Shown here piece by piece: positions 20,184 to 26,949 of a stretch of 64,000 nucleotides of DNA. Numbering within the stretch: the stretch's first letter is position 1; each line of letters opens with the position of its first letter. Source of the DNA: an uncultured cyanobacterium (GTDB lineage: Bacteria; Cyanobacteriota; Cyanobacteriia; Cyanobacteriales; CAWCAG01). Below the pieces are notes generated by a model, which worked only from the letters and a program-made list of their open reading frames with translations, did not search any database and was not told the origin of the DNA. The translations under genes and the position numbers were made by a program. The stretch spans positions 416,001 to 480,000 of the forward strand of contig CAWCAG010000007.1 of NCBI GenBank assembly GCA_963793425.1. The letters run 5' to 3'.

Positions 20184-20867
20184 ATGATGAATTGGACAAA
20201 CCGAGTATTTAAAGGACTTCTTTCCTTTTTTCTTGAATCTAATTGTTGCCTTTGCGATCGCTCTACTGAAGAGGTTATTTGTGTTTATTGCCAAGAACAA
20301 TTACAAAAGTGTCGCTTGGATAATCCCTGCCAGTTTTGGCAGCAAGAATCACCTTTATTTGCTTGGGGTTCCTACGATAGTACTCTGAGTCGAGCGATTA
20401 AGACTTTGAAATATCAAAATCAACCCCAGTTAGCGAAGCCAATGGGACAATGGTTAGGACAAGCTTGGTTAGATTCTGACCTAGGGCGTAAAAGCGGTAA
20501 AGTCATAGTTATTCCTATACCCAGTCATCCTCGCAAATTAGCAGAAAGAGGATTTAATCAAGCAGAATTAATTGGGCGCAGTTTTTGTCAGTTTACAGGT
20601 TTTTCTTTGCAAACATCTGGTTTAGTAAGAGTTAAAGAAACTGAAGCGATGTTTAGTTTAAATGCCAAACAAAGGGAGGAAAATATTGCTGATGCTTTTG
20701 ATTTAGGTAAAAGCTTTCAAAGACAAACCCCCCGCTTGCCAGTACTTTTATTGGATGATATTTATACTACTGGTGCTACTATTAAAGCTGCCACTCAAAC
20801 TTTACATAGCAATGGCGTTAGAGTATTAGGGGCGATAGCTTTGGCTGCTACAGCTTCGGGAAAATAG
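20184..20867 (+). CDS. comF: ComF family protein (zinc ribbon plus phosphoribosyltransferase)
   Basis: CxxC..CxxC, RGFNQ, LLDDIYTTGAT. Confidence 0.9.
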   Translation: MMNWTNRVFKGLLSFFLESNCCLCDRSTEEVICVYCQEQLQKCRLDNPCQFWQQESPLFAWGSYDSTLSRAIKTLKYQNQPQLAKPMGQWLGQAWLDSDLGRKSGKVIVIPIPSHPRKLAERGFNQAELIGRSFCQFTGFSLQTSGLVRVKETEAMFSLNAKQREENIADAFDLGKSFQRQTPRLPVLLLDDIYTTGATIKAATQTLHSNGVRVLGAIALAATASGK

Positions 20868-21024
20868 TTTTTTCACCCAAAACTAAGCAAATTTATTCAT
20901 ATCTCAAGTAGAGTATTTGTAAATATCTATTTTAGCTGTTTCAGTCCTGGGAACGATTGTAAAGCGACTGTTTATTCGTTAGAAAATATAATTGTTAAAG
21001 CAAGTTTACGAGTTACAAAAAATA

Positions 21025-21369
21025 ATGAATAATTTCTTCTCTAAAATAGCTAATTTGCGTCCAATGCGTTTTTTAATAGCTGCTGTTTTCTGCACATTAC
21101 TATTTGTTGGTAATGCTTTACCTGCTGCCGCTGCGACTAGTAGCACTGATAAAGGCATAACCCCCTTACAAGGTATTGAGCAAAAATCTAAAGATATTCT
21201 TAAAGAAGGGCCTCGTGATCTAGAAGAAACCACCTCAGAAGCACAGAAAGGCCTTAATGCAGTACAAGGAGGCGCTGATTATAGTAAGCTTAATCGTCCT
21301 GAAAATACCAAGTCTACTTCAGTAGAAGAGCAAATCAAAGAAGGATTGAGAGACTTGACTTCTAAATAG
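21025..21369 (+). CDS. Small secreted hydrophilic protein (low-temperature/stress-induced type)
   Basis: Signal peptide (PAAA), GLNAVQGGAD motif, hydrophilic tail. Confidence 0.6.
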   Translation: MNNFFSKIANLRPMRFLIAAVFCTLLFVGNALPAAAATSSTDKGITPLQGIEQKSKDILKEGPRDLEETTSEAQKGLNAVQGGADYSKLNRPENTKSTSVEEQIKEGLRDLTSK

Positions 21370-21451
21370 GTTTTACTGTTTAAGTTGCCAATAAAGTGAG
21401 CAAAGTTAATTGCTTTCCTTTAATTAGATTTCTTAAAGGTAATAATTAATG

Positions 21452-21499
21452 AGCGACCGAAGCGGTAATATGAATTAGCGCTTCGGCGCTTCTTTTTTT
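21452..21499 (+). terminator. Rho-independent terminator
   Basis: agcg-a-ccgaagcg / cgcttcgg-cgct stem followed by a T run. Confidence 0.7.
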
Positions 21500-21534
21500 G
21501 AGATTGGCTAGGGATAATTTAATTAAAAATTGAT

Positions 21535-22857
21535 GTGAAAAAAAAATCAAGTAAGCTAGACAAGCTAAAGCTTTACCCTGGGACGATTATGCTAATTACA
21601 ATTAGTATTTTCTCTTTCTCAGCCAAGACTGTTTTAACCCAAGAAGCTATTATAGCCCCCTCCCCCCAAAAAGAAGAGGAAACTAGTTCTTCAGAGCAAG
21701 GACTTTATTTTGCTGATATTGTAGTTAGGGGAAGACCAATCTTTCAAATAGGTAGTCTTGCTGAAGTTAGTGCCGCTGAAAGGGCAGAAATTATTAACAG
21801 ACGTATTGCTAGCGTTTTAGCTCAAAGCGATACAGTAGAGCAAGTTGCTATCAACCCAGATAATCCTCGCAAAATCGCCACTTTGCGGCTTAAAAATCGG
21901 GTCTTAATGACCATAACGGAGCAAGATGCCCAAGATTTTGGTTTAGAGGTGGAAGAATTAGCCCAAAAGTGGGCTGACAGCCTTGACGAAGCTATTGATA
22001 AACAACCTTTAGCCATAGATGTAGGGCAACGTCTTTATGGGACAGTGCAACAATTAGCACGGGATGCTATTGCCAACCTTCCTGCTTTGCTTGGTGCATT
22101 CATTGTTCTAATTATCACTTGGATATTTGCTAAACTGGTACGCTATCTGGCTTTTACCTGGGCGCAAAAAACAGAAGGCGATCGCAGTACAGAAATACTT
22201 ATTGGTCGTCTTGGTTATGGTGGTGTTTGGGTTTTAGGAGCGGTGGTAGCATTGGGAGTCTTAGGTTTAGATTTTGGTGCTTTATTAGGGGCGTTGGGGT
22301 TAACTAGCGTTGCTATTGGTTTTAGTCTCAAAGATGTTTTAAGCAACTATATTTCTGGGGTTATTTTACTAGCTGCTCGTCCTTTTGCTATCAATGACCA
22401 AGTGGTAATTGAAGATTATGAAGGTACGATTACCCAAATTCAACTCCGGGCTACTACCATGAAAACCTATGACGGGCGGTTAGTTTATATTCCTAACCAA
22501 GAAGTTTTTCAAGCTAGTATTATTAACAACACCGCTTCTCCTCGCCGTCGTAGTTCAGTTATGGTAGGCATTGATTATGGGGAAAATATTGCCCAGGCAA
22601 AAGAAGTGATTGGTCGAGTTTTAGAAAGAATGGTTGAAGTGGAAACTTCTCCTGCCCCGGATGTTTTGGTACAAGAATTAGCAGCAAGTACCGTAAACTT
22701 AGAAGTCCGTTTTTGGGTGGATTCCCGTCGTTCAGGATTTTTGGCTACGACATCAGAGGTAGCCCAAGCTATTAAAGAGGCTTTAGAAAAAGCAGATATT
22801 GATATGCCCACAGATATTTATACTTTGCTGTTTCGAGATATTCCTAACTTTGCCTGA
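21535..22857 (+). CDS. MscS-family mechanosensitive channel with a periplasmic N-terminal domain
   Basis: GALGLTSVAIGFSLKDVLSNYISG, RPF..ND, YIPN, VGIDY. Confidence 0.92.
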   Translation: MKKKSSKLDKLKLYPGTIMLITISIFSFSAKTVLTQEAIIAPSPQKEEETSSSEQGLYFADIVVRGRPIFQIGSLAEVSAAERAEIINRRIASVLAQSDTVEQVAINPDNPRKIATLRLKNRVLMTITEQDAQDFGLEVEELAQKWADSLDEAIDKQPLAIDVGQRLYGTVQQLARDAIANLPALLGAFIVLIITWIFAKLVRYLAFTWAQKTEGDRSTEILIGRLGYGGVWVLGAVVALGVLGLDFGALLGALGLTSVAIGFSLKDVLSNYISGVILLAARPFAINDQVVIEDYEGTITQIQLRATTMKTYDGRLVYIPNQEVFQASIINNTASPRRRSSVMVGIDYGENIAQAKEVIGRVLERMVEVETSPAPDVLVQELAASTVNLEVRFWVDSRRSGFLATTSEVAQAIKEALEKADIDMPTDIYTLLFRDIPNFA

Positions 22858-23231
22858 AGGAGTGGGGCAGATTAAGGAAGTTAAGGAAGAATAATTATTT
22901 TTATTAATTGAGTTGCTTTATGAAGATATTGTTTTCAGGATTCAAATTAACTATGTTCGAGAGGATAATAAATTTTGCAGTAGCTTAGATGACTGTTCAG
23001 GTTACAGGATTTTTTAAACACGGCATGGAAAGCTTAGTGAGGGTATAAAGCTGGTCAGTTTTTCTTTTTGATTCCTTTCCCACAAGTGATATTTCCATTT
23101 TTACTTTACATCATATGAATGACATATTCCCTTTTTCATGCAATAATTCAGCTAGTATTTTACTGCTTCTTTCAGTAAAGTTAACTTAGGGTAATTTTCC
23201 TAAATGATGTTCCTCCGTATTTTGATGAGAA

Positions 23232-23714
23232 ATGGTGATTTTGCGCCGGGTATTTACTTCTGTAGCCAGTTTCCTGAGTATTTTGGCAATTAAACCTGAA
23301 GTTTTAGCCCAAACTGTTAATATTCCTTTTAGCGCCAATGTAGCCAATCAGGTTACCTTAGACATTGTCGAACCTGGAGTTGCAAGCCCTTCGGCAGTTG
23401 TGACCTCAGATGGATTGCAAACCTCTTTCCAATCCACAAACCCTGCAAGGATTTCAATTCAGGCTAACGAGGGTGCAAGCATTATCATTTCTGAACCATT
23501 CTTAACTTCTGGCCCTAATCCAGACCCTCCGGGGACGGAAAGGATTGGTGTGCTTCGGTTTGATAATGTGGAAGTAAGAAGCAACGTAGGTGCAGGTGTT
23601 GCACCTCTTCCTTCAGGAGAAACAGAGTTAGAAGTTGAACTTTATGTAGAAAGACCAGAACCCTTTCCAGCAGGAACTTATAACTACGTAGTTAATTTAA
23701 CTATCACACCTTAA
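23232..23714 (+). CDS. Chaperone-usher-type pilin-like subunit 1 (Cys-less)
   Basis: Signal peptide (VLAQ), N-terminal TVNIPFSANV strand, C-terminal FPAGTYNYVVNLTITP; paralog of the next two genes. Confidence 0.7.
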   Translation: MVILRRVFTSVASFLSILAIKPEVLAQTVNIPFSANVANQVTLDIVEPGVASPSAVVTSDGLQTSFQSTNPARISIQANEGASIIISEPFLTSGPNPDPPGTERIGVLRFDNVEVRSNVGAGVAPLPSGETELEVELYVERPEPFPAGTYNYVVNLTITP

Positions 23715-23774
23715 ATTGTTAATTAGAGCTGGAAAACGTTTGTAAACTAATTTTACCATCAGGAGATTTGAATA

Positions 23775-24251
23775 ATGATTCGTAATTCTTTACTTGCTGC
23801 AACCTTATCAATAGCTGGCACTACGGCCCTTGTTACTCAAGCAACGGCTCAAAGTATTGATGTTCCTTTCACTGGAGTAGTACAAGGAAGGTGTAGCTTC
23901 AATAATTTAATACCTGGAGTTATGGTATCTGATTTTCCAGGCCCCGGTAGCAATAAATTAGATACTCGCGCCCCTGGTGGTAGTTCCGGTGCAGTTACTG
24001 TTGTTTGTAACCAACCAGCAGACCTAATAGTGGGATCTCCTATACAAACCGCAGGACCAGGTACTGCAGGTTTTGTTGAGGTAGATGTTCAATCTTCTAA
24101 TGGTGGTGGTTCATCCCCTGGACTTGGAGGTCAGTCTCTATTTTTACCACCTGGTCAAAGTCAACTCTCTGTGGATATGCGCGTTGATAGTCCCGCCCCA
24201 CTTCCTGCTGGCAATTATGGATACAATGTTTCTTTAACTGTAGTGCCATAA
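23775..24251 (+). CDS. Chaperone-usher-type pilin-like subunit 2
   Basis: Signal peptide (ATAQ), SIDVPFTGVV..C, second Cys in VTVVCN, C-terminal LPAGNYGYNVSLTVVP; AGGAG RBS. Confidence 0.75.
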   Translation: MIRNSLLAATLSIAGTTALVTQATAQSIDVPFTGVVQGRCSFNNLIPGVMVSDFPGPGSNKLDTRAPGGSSGAVTVVCNQPADLIVGSPIQTAGPGTAGFVEVDVQSSNGGGSSPGLGGQSLFLPPGQSQLSVDMRVDSPAPLPAGNYGYNVSLTVVP

Positions 24252-24383
24252 CGTTAGTGTTGCTGGAAAGTAATGATTTATGCAGAGTGATACAATTAGC
24301 AAATATTTTCTTACTGTCGTCAAAAATTAGAGATTTCATTACAAATCAGCAACGCACATATTTTCAACCAGGATATTTTAATA

Positions 24384-24842
24384 ATGATTCACAACTCTCT
24401 AATTGCTGCAACCTTAGCGTTGGCAGGTACTACAACTATTACTGCCCAAGCAATGGCTCAAAGTATTGATGTTCCTTTCACTGGAGTCGTACGAGGAACT
24501 TGCAGTTTCAATAATTTAGTACCTGGGGTCATGGTATCTTCAGGTTCTAATATTTTAGATACCAAAGCCCCTGGGGGTAGCTCTGGTGCAGTCACCGTCA
24601 TTTGCAATCAACCAGCAGACTTACTAGTTAGTGATGCTGTACAAACAGCAGGGCCATCCTTTGTTGCTGGCAAGATTATGGCAGAAGCAGCCTCTTCTAA
24701 TGGTGGTACTACTAACGGAAGCCAATCTCTTTTCTTGCAACCTGGCCAAAGCCAAGTTTCTGTAGATATTTGGATTGATAGCCCTGCCCCGCTTCCCTCT
24801 GGCAATTATGGGTACAATGTTTCTTTAACTGTAGTGCCTTAG
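24384..24842 (+). CDS. Chaperone-usher-type pilin-like subunit 3
   Basis: Close paralog of subunit 2 with the same Cys pair and C-terminal GNYGYNVSLTVVP. Confidence 0.75.
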   Translation: MIHNSLIAATLALAGTTTITAQAMAQSIDVPFTGVVRGTCSFNNLVPGVMVSSGSNILDTKAPGGSSGAVTVICNQPADLLVSDAVQTAGPSFVAGKIMAEAASSNGGTTNGSQSLFLQPGQSQVSVDIWIDSPAPLPSGNYGYNVSLTVVP

Positions 24843-24852
24843 TATTTATTGA

Positions 24853-24878
24853 TAGGAGTGAGGAACTCCTTGCTCCTA
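24853..24878 (+). terminator. Intercistronic stem-loop after the pilin genes
   Basis: TAGGAGTGAGG-aact-CCTTGCTCCTA, 11-bp stem with two G-U pairs and no strong U tail. Confidence 0.45.
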
Positions 24879-25165
24879 CAAACTACAATCAAACTATATT
24901 TATATGAGTTTTAATAATTGGTGCAACGCCCTAGTTTTACCAGTGAGTAGCTGCTTGGTTGCCACTGTCTTACTGGGGAATTTGCCAGCAAAAGCGCAAG
25001 TTAGTCTTTCTCCTCTGATTATCGAACAAAGCGCAGAACGAGGTCAATCCCAGAGTGTAATTACTATTAATAATACCAGCGATCAACCCTTTCGGGCTAG
25101 GGTTTATGCTGAACCTTTTACCTACAGTCGGGATGATGGTTTCCAAGTTTTAGAAACTACCCCTA

Positions 25166-26381
25166 GTAGTCTGTCAATTATGAATATGTGGATAAAGACT
25201 CTTGAGGCGGATACGGGCATCTTCGGTGCTAAATTGCCAATCCACCGATTTTTGCAATCGATTGCGCTCCACACACCAAGCTTGAGTTTCACTCTTTAAT
25301 ATTTCGCGCTCTCCAATCCGTCTATCCAAGCATTGTCTAGTTAATGCAGATAACTCAATCTCGGCAATATTCAGCCAACTTCCATGCTTGGGTGTATGGT
25401 GAATCTCTAGCTTTTCTACTAAACGACGGGCTGTTGGTGCTTCAAAGGCTTTGTAGAGAGAAGCTTGGTTGTGAGTGTTTAACTGGTCGCACACAAGAGT
25501 TACTGTTTCACTTTCGGGGTAGTCTTCATCGAGCAAGCATTGTATTTGTTTTGCCCAATCTACCGCAGTTCTTTGCTCTGTAACTATAACTTTGCGCCAG
25601 CCTGAAAGAGGCTCTGTAAAGATGAAAATGTTGGCAGTTCCATTACGTTCATATTCGTAATCGAATGATTCTGGACATCCTGGTTGGGCTGGTAGCGCAG
25701 TTCGAGTTTCTTTGATAAGTTGCACCGGTTGTTCGTCCATACATATCATGGGATGTTTAGGGTCGTAGGGTCGGTGATAAACTTCCAGTACATCTTCCAT
25801 GTGGGCCACAAATTCAGCATTTGCTTTGGGTGGAATTACATATTGCCTACGCAGATGCGGCTTTAACTGGTTTTTTTCAGCTCTTGTCTTACTGTTTCAT
25901 AGCTAATCTCTGGCACAATCTCTAGCTCTACTAGTTTGTCTGCCAGGAGTCTTAATGTCCAACGTGCTTGTCCCTTTGGTGGCTCTCCACACCTTAAGGC
26001 TATCAGCTTTGCCTGTGCTTCTCCGTCACATATTCTTGGTCGCGATGGACTTTTGGGTTTCTTTCTCTCCAATGCTCTTTCTATACCTTCTTCAACTAGT
26101 CTTTGTCGCAGATTCGCTACTGTGTTTCGGTGACAACCAAACGCTTTAGCTGCTTCGATGTCTGTCCATCCTTGTCCATTTATATCTATGTTTAGCAGTA
26201 TATTCGCGTGTTTGATTTTGTAGGCTGCTGCTTTTCCCTTCGATACTAATTCTTGGAGTTGTTGTCTTTCTTCTTGTTTTAATCTCACTATGTAACGTTT
26301 CTGCATTTTTCCTTTGAGCTTCCAGTAGACTTCCTTTTCTATTCTCTCATATTGTTCACAAAATTGATTATGACAGACTAC
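25166..26381 (-). mobile_element. IS630-family insertion sequence (1216 bp)
   Basis: Terminal inverted repeats GTAGTCTGTCA (25166-25176) and TGACAGACTAC (26371-26381). Duplicated TA at 25164-65 and 26382-83, within a CTAG target. Confidence 0.93.
25174..26306 (-). CDS. IS630 transposase, two ORFs joined by a -1 frameshift
   Basis: HTH ORF 26306-25863 (RWTLRLLA, ISYETVR) and DDE ORF (CMDE, CDQLNTH, SWLNIAEIE). An A7C slippery site at ~25870-25877 gives LKKNQLKPHLRRQYVIPP. Confidence 0.9.
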
Positions 26382-26949
26382 TAGTGATTTAACTCCCTAC
26401 TTACAATTTTCTCCCCGTGAACTTAACGTGGAACCAGGGCAAGCCCGTAAAGTACGTATCATCACACGCTTTCCTCCCAGTTTACCTACCGGGGAATATC
26501 GGGCAGTAATTTTTACAGAAAACTTACGGGAAACAATAGATGATAGCGGCAACAACGTTACTATTGAAACCCGCATTGGTACAACTATTTATGTGAGGCA
26601 AGGTAATGTTTCTCCTCAGCTTGAAGCAGTTGCAGCTAGCTGGGACAAAGAACAACAGCAATTGCAAATCTTGATCAATAACTCTGGAGATGCTTCTGCC
26701 CGTACTGGTGTTAACTGGACTTTGCAGCAAGGGGAAAAGATGATTGCTGAAGGAATTTTACTTCCGGTGGGAATTGTGGCCACTAGTGAACGCAATTTAT
26801 CATTATCTAGTGAAACAGATAAGCAACTTCAACTAACTTCTGGTACATATCAGTTAACTGGTGACTTGCTTTGGGGGAATCAAGAAAATCCTGAGAGTAA
26901 GTCTTTTAGTTTAGATTTAATAGTACCCTAGTGGGGAAAATAGGGAGAT

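Larger units (their letters stand above)
24904..26931 (+). pseudogene. PapD-like periplasmic pilus chaperone interrupted by IS630
   Basis: Joining 24904-25165 to 26384-26931 gives 810 nt (269 aa) in frame: signal peptide, VSLSPLII, ITINN, ..ETTP/SDLTPYLQFSPRELNVEPGQARKVR, GEYRAVIF, IYVR, NSGDA. Confidence 0.85.

Noticed and set aside
22858..23231. CRP (TGTGA-N6-TCACA) site or c-di-GMP riboswitch upstream of the pilin operon
   Set aside because: Only half-site-like AGTGA matches, and no recognisable riboswitch core.
24904..25299. 131-aa ORF and 167-aa ORF (26428-26931) as independent genes
   Set aside because: They are the two halves of the IS-split chaperone; the first reads into IS sequence.
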